This document shows positions 1 to 9,020 of a stretch of DNA of 64,000 nucleotides, one piece after another. This DNA is from an uncultured Planctomycetales bacterium (GTDB taxonomy: Bacteria > Omnitrophota > Gorgyraeia > Gygaellales > Profunditerraquicolaceae): assembly GCA_964399915.1 (NCBI GenBank), contig CAYNRN010000003.1:2064-66063 (forward strand), given 5' to 3'. Every line of letters starts with the position of its first letter. Positions within the stretch are counted from its first letter, which is position 1. The notes under the pieces are model-generated. The model saw only the letters and a list, made by a program, of their open reading frames with translations. It did not search any database and was not told the origin of the DNA. Made by a program: the position numbers and the translations under genes.

Positions 1-99
1 AGGTTAAGGAAGTTAGCAGAAGAAAGCGGCAGAAGCATAAGCGAATTAACAAGAGAAGCAATTGTCGGTTTTTTGAGAATGAGAGATATGTTGGCATAA
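1..99 (+). CDS. C-terminal part of a ribbon-helix-helix (CopG-like) DNA-binding protein, 5' end outside the window
   Basis: Frame 1 reads RLRKLAEESGRSISELTREAIVGFLRMRDMLA*, matching the RHH helixA-G-x-S-x-S-helixB pattern; not in the ORF track. Confidence 0.7.
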   Translation, partial: RLRKLAEESGRSISELTREAIVGFLRMRDMLA

Positions 100-206
100 G
101 TTTCTATTTTTTCGTATACCGGCAAGACCCTATTCAAAAATTGACTTGAAATTTTATTGTAACCCGTTAGCTTATAAAAACATGCAGACTGTAGTCTGTT
201 CCAAGG
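100..206. mobile_element. Putative right end / att site of an element integrated into comEC
   Basis: AT-rich non-coding DNA directly abuts the mid-protein ComEC motif; in-frame TAG at 192-194; dyad CAGACT-gt-AGTCTG at 185-198. Confidence 0.55.
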
Positions 207-983
207 CACATAATCGCGATTTCCGGCTTTAATGTGGGTATCGTCGCTTTTATAATCTTATTAATCATGAAGATAATAAGGATTCCCAGGAAGGCGCGGT
301 ATATCTTTGCGATATTTCTCTTAGTTGTTTACTGCATTCTAACCGGCTCAAATACGCCGGTAGTACGCGCAACCGTTATGGCGGTAATTTTTCTTTGCGC
401 CTGTCTTTCTGAAAGAGAGGTTAATATTTATAATTCCCTTTCGTTTACTACGCTGCTGATCCTTTTGGTCAACCCTCAGCAGCTTTTTGAGATTAGCTTT
501 CAGCTTTCATTTTTAAGCGTAATCTCGATTATATGGCTTTCTCCTAAAATAAAGTCTATCTTTCCGGATAAGGCCGATAAAATACCGCTGGTTCGTTTTT
601 TAATCATAACCTTTTCTGCTTCCAGCGCAGCCTGGATCGGCCTGATGCCCTTAATTGCCTATTATTTTAAGACCTTTACAACCATTACTGTGTTGGCAAA
701 TATGATCGTTGTCCCTTTTTCAGCCGTGATCACGGCTTCTGGCTTCAGTTTCGTGCTGATTGGCCTATTAATTCCTCCCCTGGCTGCAATATTTGCGGTA
801 AGTAACGAGATACTGATTTTAATATTATTTAAGATTCATAGCCTTTTAATCGGCCTGCCCGGGGCATACTTTAAATTACCCGAAATCCCTTTCGCTTATA
901 TCCTGCTTTATTATGCCGTGCTTATTTCCGTCCTGAACCTGCCTGAAATTCGCGCCTACGCAGAGCGCAGGTTTTTTAGTTAA
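207..983 (+). pseudogene. comEC: 3' fragment of a ComEC/Rec2 competence channel (Competence domain), 5' part missing
   Basis: Frame reads HIIAISGFNVG from 207, then TGSNTPVVRA, NPQQLFEISFQLSF and ANMIVVP; N-terminal TM and OB region absent. Confidence 0.8.
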
Positions 984-1019
984 GGTAGCCTCCCCGGCCG
1001 CAGCAGAGGCGTGAATGTA

Positions 1020-1048
1020 TTGACAAAGCCCCGCCGGTATGTTAATTT
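1020..1048 (+). promoter_or_regulatory. Sigma70-type promoter for bamD-lptE-holA
   Basis: TTGACA(1020-1025)-17 bp-TAATTT, 8 nt before the ATG, no SD. Confidence 0.5.
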
Positions 1049-1056
1049 AATCTATT

Positions 1057-2019
1057 ATGAAACGGGTAATACTAATCATGCTGGCGCTGGGTTTGTTATT
1101 CTGGGCTACTCCACCGGCTTATCCCTACTGGATCTGGACCCCTAAGACCAAGAAATTCATTAATCCCAAGGCGATGCCTAAGGATACCCCCGGCGAGCAA
1201 TTTGCCTTTGCCAAGAGCTTGTATGACCTGAAGAAATACGAAGATGCCAAGAGGGAATTCAAGAAGCTCCTGAAGGCGTATCCAAAGTCAGCGGAAGCTG
1301 CGGAAGGCCAGTATTACCTGGGGAGATTGGAAGAGGGCCAGGGCAAGATATATGAGGCGTACCTGGCTTATCAGAAGGTTATCGATAAATACCCTTTTTC
1401 AGAAAGGATCCAGGAGATTATAGAACGTGAATATAAGATCGGCGAGCGTTTCATGGCCGGAGAAAAGCGGGAAGTGATGGGATTTGCGCTCCCGGTAGAA
1501 AACCCCGCTATCGAGATTTTTACTAAAGTGGTAGAAAATTCTACTTATGGCCCGCTGGCTCCGGTAGCCCAGTATAAACTGGGGTTAGTACTTAAGGGGC
1601 TGATGAGATATTATGAGGCAGAGGATGCTTTTAATAAGGTGATCGTCAATTATCCCACCAGCGAATGGGCGGACGCGGCCAAGTTCCAGATCGCCGCCTG
1701 CCGTGCCGCAGTTTCCCGCAGCCCGGCCTATGACCAGTGGGCGACCATGGAGGCAAAGGAGAAGTTTGAAGAGTTTGTCAGGGAGCATCCTGATGCCGTG
1801 CTCTCGCAAGAAGCCGAGAAGAATATCGAAAGGCTGCAGGAGAAAGAAGCCGAGGCGAATTTTGACATCGCCGTCTTCTACGAAAAGCAGAAGGCATATG
1901 ATGCGGCAGTGATTTATTACCGGGATGTGGTTGCCAATTACGCGGATAGCCAGTGGGCCGGCAAGGCGGCGCAGCGGCTTAAGGCGCTTGAAGAGAAGCA
2001 GGAGAAGGTGAAGAAATGA
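1057..2019 (+). CDS. bamD: Outer membrane protein assembly factor BamD-like TPR protein
   Basis: Signal peptide, repeated TPR motifs (YPKS..A.EGQY, YPFS, YPTS), C-terminal IAVFYEK..AYDAAVIYY; upstream of lptE. Confidence 0.75.
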   Translation: MKRVILIMLALGLLFWATPPAYPYWIWTPKTKKFINPKAMPKDTPGEQFAFAKSLYDLKKYEDAKREFKKLLKAYPKSAEAAEGQYYLGRLEEGQGKIYEAYLAYQKVIDKYPFSERIQEIIEREYKIGERFMAGEKREVMGFALPVENPAIEIFTKVVENSTYGPLAPVAQYKLGLVLKGLMRYYEAEDAFNKVIVNYPTSEWADAAKFQIAACRAAVSRSPAYDQWATMEAKEKFEEFVREHPDAVLSQEAEKNIERLQEKEAEANFDIAVFYEKQKAYDAAVIYYRDVVANYADSQWAGKAAQRLKALEEKQEKVKK

Positions 2020-2567
2020 AGAAAACTTTAGGTTATCGGTTATCGGTTATCGGTTTGGGGTTTATGCTGCTTGCGGCAGGCTGCGGTTATACTACCCGTT
2101 CGGCAATCGCTAATAAATACCGGACTATCTATATCGATCCTTTTATCAACAAAATAGACATTACCAGCGATGCGAACGTGGGAAGCAAATACCGGCTTTA
2201 TCGTCCCCTGCTGGAGACAGACATCACTAAAGAGGTGGTAAATAAATTCCTCTTTGACGGCAATTTAAAGCCGGTAAAAACCGGCAGTGCCGACCTTACC
2301 CTTAAGGGGGAATTAATCGAGTTCCGTAAGGAGCCGTTAAGATACGATGATAACGATAATGTCACCGAATACCGCGTTGATATGGTGGTCAATATCGGAC
2401 TCTGGGATAACCTGGAAAACCGCCAGCTCTGGAAAGAAGACGGATTTACCGGAGAAACCAGTTACTTTACTACCGGCAATCAGACAAAAAGCGAAGCCCA
2501 GGCGATTAACGACTCGATTTCCGATTTAGCGCGCAGGATCGTGGAACGGGCAGTAGAAGAATGGTAA
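2016..2567 (+). CDS. lptE: LptE family LPS assembly lipoprotein
   Basis: Lipobox LAAGC-GY, C-terminal EAQAI..DLARRIVERAVEEW, synteny with holA. Confidence 0.75.
   Translation: MKKTLGYRLSVIGLGFMLLAAGCGYTTRSAIANKYRTIYIDPFINKIDITSDANVGSKYRLYRPLLETDITKEVVNKFLFDGNLKPVKTGSADLTLKGELIEFRKEPLRYDDNDNVTEYRVDMVVNIGLWDNLENRQLWKEDGFTGETSYFTTGNQTKSEAQAINDSISDLARRIVERAVEEW
2031..2055 (+). repeat. Tandem heptamer (GGTTATC)x3.5 inside the lptE signal-peptide coding region
   Basis: ggttatc ggttatc ggttatc ggtt, encoding GYRLSVIG. Confidence 0.9.
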
Positions 2568-3217
2568 CAGCAAAAGAACCCGCCGTCTACCTTTTCCTCG
2601 GGCAGGACAGCCTATCAAAAGAGGTAAAATTAAAGAAGCTCAGGCAGGAGTATTTGAATCCTGCGGTTGAGCATTTCAACCTTGATATCCTCTATGCCAA
2701 GGAACTCGACCTGCATAAAATACAGGAAAGGTTCCTCGCCCTCCCGGTTGGAGCAAAAAAACGCCTTATCGTAATCAAAGACGCGCAGCACTTAAAAGAA
2801 GAGGCCAAAGATTTTATCCTTGCTTTCGCAAAGAAGCCGTCTGCCCCGGTTGTCCTTTTCCTTGATTTTTACAGGCACGACTTAAAGGACTTATTTTTAA
2901 ATTCGCTTAAGAGGTACTCGGTCGTTTTTTATTTTAAAGAGGAGATTAAGGCGACATCCTTTACGTTGAGCCGCTCAATTAATATGAAAAAGGGCGCTTC
3001 CGCGCTTAGGCTCCTGAACAGATTATTGAGCGACGGAGAGGAACCGACAATGATACTCGGGGGGTTAAGGTACGGTGTCGAAAAAGATGCCTTGCGCCCG
3101 CAAGAGAAGAGGAAAAGGCTGCGCCTGCTCCTTGATTGCGATAGAGAAATAAAAACCGGAAAACTAAAAGCCCCCTTTGCGCTGGAAAAGCTTGTTGTCA
3201 GCCTCTGCAGGGTTTGA
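2561..3217 (+). CDS. holA: DNA polymerase III delta subunit (short form)
   Basis: PAVYLFLGQD N-terminus, RLIVIKDA, C-terminal DREIKTGK..FALEKLVV; convergent with rpsT. Confidence 0.8.
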   Translation: MVTAKEPAVYLFLGQDSLSKEVKLKKLRQEYLNPAVEHFNLDILYAKELDLHKIQERFLALPVGAKKRLIVIKDAQHLKEEAKDFILAFAKKPSAPVVLFLDFYRHDLKDLFLNSLKRYSVVFYFKEEIKATSFTLSRSINMKKGASALRLLNRLLSDGEEPTMILGGLRYGVEKDALRPQEKRKRLRLLLDCDREIKTGKLKAPFALEKLVVSLCRV

Positions 3218-3478
3218 TCAGGCCGATTTAAGCTTTTTGCTTAAGCGGGATTTTCTGCGGCTTGCTAAGCTGGGATGGATAACTTTCTTTTTGGCGGCTT
3301 TATCCAGTTGAGAAAATACTTTATTCAGGAAAGCCTTGGCTTCATCGAGCTTTTTTTCCGAAATCAGCGCCTGGAACTTCTTTAAAGTCTTTTTAAGTTC
3401 TTTTTTGACCTTAAGGTTGCGCAGGCGTTTTTTCTTATCTTTGCGCTGCTGTTTTAGCGAAGTCTTTCGTCTAGGCAT
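3218..3478 (-). CDS. rpsT: 30S ribosomal protein S20
   Basis: LDKAAKKKVIHPSLASRRKSRL motif; GGAG SD; TTGACA-17-TATAAA promoter upstream on - strand. Confidence 0.97.
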   Translation of the reverse strand: MPRRKTSLKQQRKDKKKRLRNLKVKKELKKTLKKFQALISEKKLDEAKAFLNKVFSQLDKAAKKKVIHPSLASRRKSRLSKKLKSA

Positions 3479-3531
3479 ATCTTCTCCTTGTTTTTTTATC
3501 CGTTTCGTTTATAACATAATTAATTTGCAAT

Positions 3532-3587
3532 GTCAACCCCGTTACAAATACGATTCTTATCATAGCATAATTTGTAACGGGGTCAAC
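3532..3587. repeat. REP-like palindromic element (family A, copy 1)
   Basis: Perfect 14-bp IR ACCCCGTTACAAAT (3536-3549) / ATTTGTAACGGGGT (3570-3583); GTCAAC directly repeated at both ends. Confidence 0.85.
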
Positions 3588-3595
3588 AAACAAAT

Positions 3596-5155
3596 ATGGA
3601 AAAATATTCCAATCGAAGTATAGCCAAATCTGCCGGCGTAATCGGCATAGCCACTTTCGCCAGCCGCTTACTGGGTTTTGCCCGGGATATCGTCATTGCC
3701 CGGCTTTTCGGAATCCGCATATATGCCCAGGCCTTTGTCATCGCTTTTAAGATCCCCAACCTCCTGCGCGACTTCTTAGGCGAGGGCGCTACCAACGCCG
3801 CTTTTGTTCCGGTCTTCAGCGACTACGCAGTGAAACATTCAAAAGAAGAATTCTGGCATCTGGCCAATGTCGTGCTGAACCTTCTGCTGATTGTACTTTC
3901 TTTATTGACTTTGGCAGGAATGTTGTTTTCTCCCCTGATTGTGCGCTTGATCGCTCCCGGTTTCATCGCCGATGCGGAAAAATTACAAGCCACGGTAAGG
4001 CTGACCAGGATAATCTTTCCCTATATCATGCTTATCGGTTTGGCCGCCTATTCAATGGGGATACTGAATTCGCTTAAACATTTCAGTGTCCCGGCGTTTG
4101 CTCCCTGCCTGCTGAACATCTCGATAATTATCTTCGCCAATATTTATTCGCAGGGGATAACCGGCCTTGCCTTGGGTGTTTTAGTCGGCGGATTCCTGCA
4201 GCTTGCGGTGCAGATCCCGGTTTTATACAGCAAAGGGATGCGCATCAAACTTTTTAAATCTTTCCGTCATCCGGCGGCTTTTGCCATCGGCAGATTAATG
4301 CTGCCGCGTGTTTTCAGCAGCACGATCTACCAGCTGAACAATTTCGTAGATTCTATATTCGGTTCTTTGGCTTTTATAGTCGGAGAGGGCGGTGTGGCGG
4401 TCTTATATTTCTCTTATCGGCTGATACAGTTTCCCATCGGGATATTCAGTAATGCCCTTTCTCAGGCGATGCTGCCCAGCCTCTCGGCGCAGGCAGCGCA
4501 GGACGAAAGGAAAGATTTAAAGCATACGTTTTCTTTCGGGCTGCGCGCGACTTTTTTTATGATGCTGCCGGCTTCCTTTGGTTTTATGGCATTGGCAAAA
4601 CCGATTATTTCGGTGCTTTTTCAGGGAGGCGAGTTTGATGCGGCCTCCGCAAAAGTCACTTCCAATGCCTTATTCTTTTACAGTATAGGCCTTTTTGCCT
4701 TCGGCGCCAAGAAAGTGATTCAAACGGTATTTTTCGCGCTTAAAGATACGGTTACCCCTGCCAGGGTCGCTTTTATTACCCTGATTATCAATATCGCTTT
4801 AAACGCTTGCCTGATGTTTCCCTTAAAGATTGCCGGGCTTGCTTTGGCGACTTCAGTATCGGGTATTATCGGTTTTCTGATTCTCTTTGCGGATTTAAAA
4901 AAGCGCTTGAGCCCCATTAACAGCGGAGAAATCATTGTTTCTTTCCTGCGGATCTTCTTGGCGAGTGCGGCGATGGCCCTTGTCTGTTACGCTCTGTCTT
5001 TAAGGCTTGCCCTGACCGGCAGCGTCATAAATAAAGCCCTCGGTTTAGCGGTGTTATTACTAAGCGGGGCAGCCTCGTATTTATTTTTCTGTTTTATTTT
5101 AAGGGTGGGAGAGTTAAAGGAGTTGTGCAGGTGGATAATCGCAACAAGGCGCTAA
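3596..5155 (+). CDS. murJ: Lipid II flippase MurJ (MviN)
   Basis: SRLLGFARD, AFKIPNLLRDFLGEGA..AAFVP, YRLIQFPIG motifs. Confidence 0.97.
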   Translation: MEKYSNRSIAKSAGVIGIATFASRLLGFARDIVIARLFGIRIYAQAFVIAFKIPNLLRDFLGEGATNAAFVPVFSDYAVKHSKEEFWHLANVVLNLLLIVLSLLTLAGMLFSPLIVRLIAPGFIADAEKLQATVRLTRIIFPYIMLIGLAAYSMGILNSLKHFSVPAFAPCLLNISIIIFANIYSQGITGLALGVLVGGFLQLAVQIPVLYSKGMRIKLFKSFRHPAAFAIGRLMLPRVFSSTIYQLNNFVDSIFGSLAFIVGEGGVAVLYFSYRLIQFPIGIFSNALSQAMLPSLSAQAAQDERKDLKHTFSFGLRATFFMMLPASFGFMALAKPIISVLFQGGEFDAASAKVTSNALFFYSIGLFAFGAKKVIQTVFFALKDTVTPARVAFITLIINIALNACLMFPLKIAGLALATSVSGIIGFLILFADLKKRLSPINSGEIIVSFLRIFLASAAMALVCYALSLRLALTGSVINKALGLAVLLLSGAASYLFFCFILRVGELKELCRWIIATRR

Positions 5156-6396
5156 AAGAAAAAATCAACTCGCTTCCCGATGCCTGCGGGGTATACCTGT
5201 TTAAGGACGCAAGCGGAAAAATTATTTATGTCGGCAAGGCCAAATCCTTAAGGAAAAGGGTGCGTTCATATTTTGGCCGCCTGCTGGACGCTAAAACCCA
5301 GCTCTTAGTAGCCAAGATAGAAGATTTAGAATACCGGCTTACTTCTTCAGAGAGCCGGGCCGAGCTTTTGGAAGCTTCCCTGATCAAGGAGCATCTGCCG
5401 CATTACAACGTCAGCTTCAAAGACGATAAATCATTCCCCCTGATCAGGATTTCAGATGAAAAATTTCCTCTCCTTTCCGTGGTAAGGAATAAAAACAGGC
5501 CGGCGCACGATCGGAGCGTTTATTTCGGCCCTTATACCGACCCGCGGCTCTTGCGGCAGGCGATAAAGATGATCCGTAAGGTTTTCGGTTTCCGTTCTTG
5601 TAAGGCTTTGCCGAAGCAGCCCTGCCTGTATTACCGCCTGAAGTTGTGCCCTGCGCCCTGCGCCGGAAAAATTTCTCCCGGGCAATACAAAAGCATCATT
5701 AAACAGATCAGGATGTTTTTGGAATCCAAGTACGAAGAGTTATCTGACCAGTTACGCCGGCAGATGCATTCGGCTGCGCAGGAAAAGAGGTATGAAGACG
5801 CTGCTTCTTTACGCGACCGCATAGAAGCGCTGGCGATGTTTAGAGGGGAAGAGGCTTTTGACAGCAGGGAAGAATTAAACATCCTTAAAAGAGCGCTGCA
5901 ATTAAAGAAGCTGCCTGAAAGGATCGAGGCATTTGATATCTCCAACATCAGCGGCAAGGAAGCCTGCGGTTCAATGGTCGCCTTTTATAGGGGCAAGCCG
6001 GATAAAAATAATTACCGCCGCTTTAGAATTAAGGGTGTTGAGGGCATTGATGATTACGCGATGCTTCGCGAGGTAGTGCGCAGGCGTTATCGCAGGGTCA
6101 TAGAAGAGGGGCTGCCCTTTCCCGACCTGGTATTAATCGACGGGGGGAAAGCACACCTTGCTGCCGCCTCAGGCCAGATCAGTACGCTGGGGATTGATTT
6201 GGAGATTGCCAGTATCGCCAAAGAAAGAGAGAATATTTATACCACGGGCCGGCGCGCGCCGCTGAATCTTCAAAAGTATCCGCAGGCTTTAAATTTAATC
6301 CGCAGGGTCCGCGATGAGGCGCATCGGTTTGCGATTAATTATCATCATCTGCTACGCAAAAAAGCAATATTTAAAAATGAGGGACGTAACTCGTAA
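5125..6396 (+). CDS. uvrC: Excinuclease ABC subunit C, lacking the C-terminal HhH domain
   Basis: GVYLFKD..IIYVGKAKSLRKRV (GIY-YIG), IEAFDISN, PDLVLIDGG, RDEAHRFAI. Confidence 0.93.
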   Translation: MQVDNRNKALKEKINSLPDACGVYLFKDASGKIIYVGKAKSLRKRVRSYFGRLLDAKTQLLVAKIEDLEYRLTSSESRAELLEASLIKEHLPHYNVSFKDDKSFPLIRISDEKFPLLSVVRNKNRPAHDRSVYFGPYTDPRLLRQAIKMIRKVFGFRSCKALPKQPCLYYRLKLCPAPCAGKISPGQYKSIIKQIRMFLESKYEELSDQLRRQMHSAAQEKRYEDAASLRDRIEALAMFRGEEAFDSREELNILKRALQLKKLPERIEAFDISNISGKEACGSMVAFYRGKPDKNNYRRFRIKGVEGIDDYAMLREVVRRRYRRVIEEGLPFPDLVLIDGGKAHLAAASGQISTLGIDLEIASIAKERENIYTTGRRAPLNLQKYPQALNLIRRVRDEAHRFAINYHHLLRKKAIFKNEGRNS

Positions 6397-6490
6397 GCTC
6401 GTAACTAGTAACTCGTAATCAGGATAGTCCTTTTAAAACCTAACAAATTTCTAAAAATTACTAGTTACGAGTTACTAATTTACTAGTTAC
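6386..6490. repeat. Inverted arrays of (C/A)GTAACT heptamers
   Basis: 34-bp arms 6386-6419 and 6457-6490, 28/34 complementary, 37-nt AT-rich spacer. Confidence 0.9.
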
Positions 6491-6495
6491 TAAAC

Positions 6496-6795
6496 ATGAC
6501 TTCTTTCGCCGTAAAAGTCTATAAGGTAGTGCTAAAAATACCGCTGGGCCAGACGCGCACCTATAAATGGGTTGCAAAGAGGGCCGGTAGCCCTGGCGCA
6601 AGCCGCGCAGTCGGGCAGATCATGAAAAAGAACCCCTATCCTTTATTAATCCCCTGCCATAGGGTTGTTGCCTCTGGCGGAAAAATCGGAGGTTATAACC
6701 GGGGGGTCAAGGTTAAAAAAATGCTCCTGGATATTGAGAAACAGATAAAATCATGCCTGGAAAGCAGCGCTTGTGGTATAATTAAGAAAAAGTAA
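6496..6795 (+). CDS. Methylated-DNA--protein-cysteine methyltransferase (MGMT/Ogt C-terminal domain only)
   Basis: IPLGQTRTY, RAVG, NPYPLLIPCHRVV with the active Cys. Confidence 0.9.
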   Translation: MTSFAVKVYKVVLKIPLGQTRTYKWVAKRAGSPGASRAVGQIMKKNPYPLLIPCHRVVASGGKIGGYNRGVKVKKMLLDIEKQIKSCLESSACGIIKKK

Positions 6796-6814
6796 AATCA
6801 GCGGAGGTGGCGCG

Positions 6815-7888
6815 ATGAGTATAAAAAAGATGCTCGAGGAAATGGTCAAAAGGGACGCTTCCGACCTTTTTTACCGGGCCGGAGGAGTACCGCGGCTGAG
6901 GATCGACGGCAAGGTAGTGCCTTTATCGCAGGATAACCTTAGCACCGATGACGTTTTAAGAACGGTAGAGGAATTGACCCCCACGCGGCAGAAGGAGGTA
7001 TTTGAAAGTAGGTTCGATATAGACTTTGCGCTTTATCTGGAGGATTTTGACCGCCGTTTCCGCGTAAGCATCTTCATGCAGAGGAATTCTCCTTCTATAG
7101 TGATCAGAAACGTAATCCCCAAGGCAAAAAAGTTTGAAGAACTGAATCTGCCGGCGGATACTTTAAAGAAACTTTCACTGGAAACCAGAGGCCTGGTATT
7201 ACTGACAGGAAGCGCCGGGAGCGGCAAATCCACCACCATTGCCAGCATGATCGATTACATCAATGAAAACTGCCAGAAGCACATCCTCACCGCCGAAGAG
7301 CCGATTGAAGTAACGTTCAAGGATAAAAATTCGCTAATCAACCAAAGGGAGCTGGGTCTGGATGTCAGTTCTTATCAGGTAGCGCTGCGTTCATTCACCT
7401 TGCAGAGCCCGGATGTAATATATATCGGCAATATCAGGGATTTAGAAACTATGCAGGCGGCGCTGACTGCGGCAGAGACGGGCGTCCTGGTCTTAAGCAC
7501 CCTGCATACGATAAACGCCGCGCAGACCGTAGAGAGGATAATTAATTTTTTTCCTCCCTACCAGCATGAACAGGTGAGGCTGCAGCTTTCTTTTCTGCTT
7601 AAAGGCGTGATTTCGCTGAGGCTGGTTCCCATGAAGGATAAGCACGGCAGGATTCCCGCTTATGAATCTATGCTTTTAAGCCCGACGATCAGCCGCCTGA
7701 TCCGAGAGGGAAAAACCTGGGAGATCCCGCGTTATATAGAGGACGGCGCGGTTTTCGGGATGCAATCTTTTAACCAGTCATTGATCAAGTTGGCAAAGGA
7801 AAGCATGATTTCAGAGGAAGAGGCAGCTAATTTCGCGGATAACCGCGATGAATTTATGCTTTCTCTCAAGGGCATAAGAAAATCATAA
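6815..7888 (+). CDS. PilT/PilU family type IV pilus ATPase with degenerate catalytic motifs
   Basis: ASDL, Walker A GSAGSGKSTT, NQRELG, AAETG.LVLSTLHT, GMQSFNQSL. Confidence 0.9.
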   Translation: MSIKKMLEEMVKRDASDLFYRAGGVPRLRIDGKVVPLSQDNLSTDDVLRTVEELTPTRQKEVFESRFDIDFALYLEDFDRRFRVSIFMQRNSPSIVIRNVIPKAKKFEELNLPADTLKKLSLETRGLVLLTGSAGSGKSTTIASMIDYINENCQKHILTAEEPIEVTFKDKNSLINQRELGLDVSSYQVALRSFTLQSPDVIYIGNIRDLETMQAALTAAETGVLVLSTLHTINAAQTVERIINFFPPYQHEQVRLQLSFLLKGVISLRLVPMKDKHGRIPAYESMLLSPTISRLIREGKTWEIPRYIEDGAVFGMQSFNQSLIKLAKESMISEEEAANFADNRDEFMLSLKGIRKS

Positions 7889-7908
7889 TCGTCTTTTGAG
7901 GAGGAATA

Positions 7909-9010
7909 ATGCTGGATAATATTAAGTCGGAACTCTCGTCGATCCAGGCGCGGCTTGAGCAACTAAGAGGTTATCTTTGACGTCGATAAAACCCTAAAAG
8001 AAATTGAAGCGCTCACCGCTCAGATGTCTAATCCGCGTTTTTGGGATAATCAGGAATATTCCGCGCAAGTCGTTAAAAAGCTTAAATTTTTAAAGAGCAG
8101 GGTCGAGCCGTGGCAGGCAGCCTGGGATAAATCCCGGGAGCTTGCGGAATTATCAGGCATACTCAGCGAAGGCGAAACAGCTTTAACGCAGGAAGTGGCA
8201 GGCGGCTTAGGGGAACTTTCGCAACGCATTGAAAAACTGGAATTCAATGCCTTACTTTCCGGCGAATTTGATAAAAACAGCGCTATCTTAAGCATTAATT
8301 CCGGCGCCGGAGGCACTGAGTCCTGCGATTGGGCAGCGATGCTTTTGAGAATGTATTCCCGCTTCTGCGAAAAGCGTAATTGGAGCGTAAAAACTCTGGA
8401 TATCCTGGAGGGCGAAGAAGCGGGGATTAAGAATGTCACCCTGCTGATCGAAGGCCATTTTGCATACGGATATCTTAAGGCAGAGCGGGGAGTGCACCGC
8501 CTGGTGCGCATTTCTCCCTTTGATGCCAATAAGCGCCGCCATACCTCTTTTGCTTCAGTTGACGTAATACCCGAAATAGAGGAAGACGACGGTATCAAGA
8601 TCGAGGAGAAAGACCTGCGCATAGATGTCTACCGTTCAAAAGGGGCCGGCGGACAGAGCGTTAATACTACGGATTCGGCGGTAAGGATTACGCATATACC
8701 CAGCGGCCTGGTTGCCCAGTGCCAGAACGAGCGCTCGCAGCATCAGAATAAGCAGACCGCGCTTAAAATCCTTAAAGCGCGCCTTTATGAGCTGGAAAGA
8801 GAAAAAAAAGAGCAGGAACTGCTTAAACATTACGGTTCAGATAAGAAGAAGATAGAATGGGGCAGCCAGATCCGTTCTTATGTGATGCATCCGTATAATA
8901 TGGTCAAAGACCACCGTACGGCTCAGGAAACAGGGGATGTGGGAAAGGTGATGGACGGCGGACTCGATGAGTTTATAGAGGCGTATTTGAAATTGAAAGC
9001 TAACAGCTGA
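7909..9010 (+). CDS. prfB: Peptide chain release factor 2 with programmed +1 frameshift
   Basis: GAGGAGG SD, ATG 7909, internal AGAGG then CTT TGA C at 7975-7981; the +1 frame joins the ORF with SPF and GGQ motifs. Confidence 0.96.
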
Positions 9011-9020
9011 TAGGAAAAAC

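Noticed and set aside
161-170. AACCCGTTAG resembling the left arm of REP family A inside the putative element end
   Set aside because: Only 10 nt and no matching right arm; could be chance
2561-3217. holA as a pseudogene because of its short length
   Set aside because: The ORF is uninterrupted with recognisable N- and C-terminal motifs; more likely a compact variant
6386-6490. Possible CRISPR array
   Set aside because: Units are 7 nt, there are no unique spacers, the arms are inverted, and no cas genes are present
8024-9010. prfB as a 5'-truncated pseudogene
   Set aside because: Explained by the canonical CTT TGA C programmed frameshift
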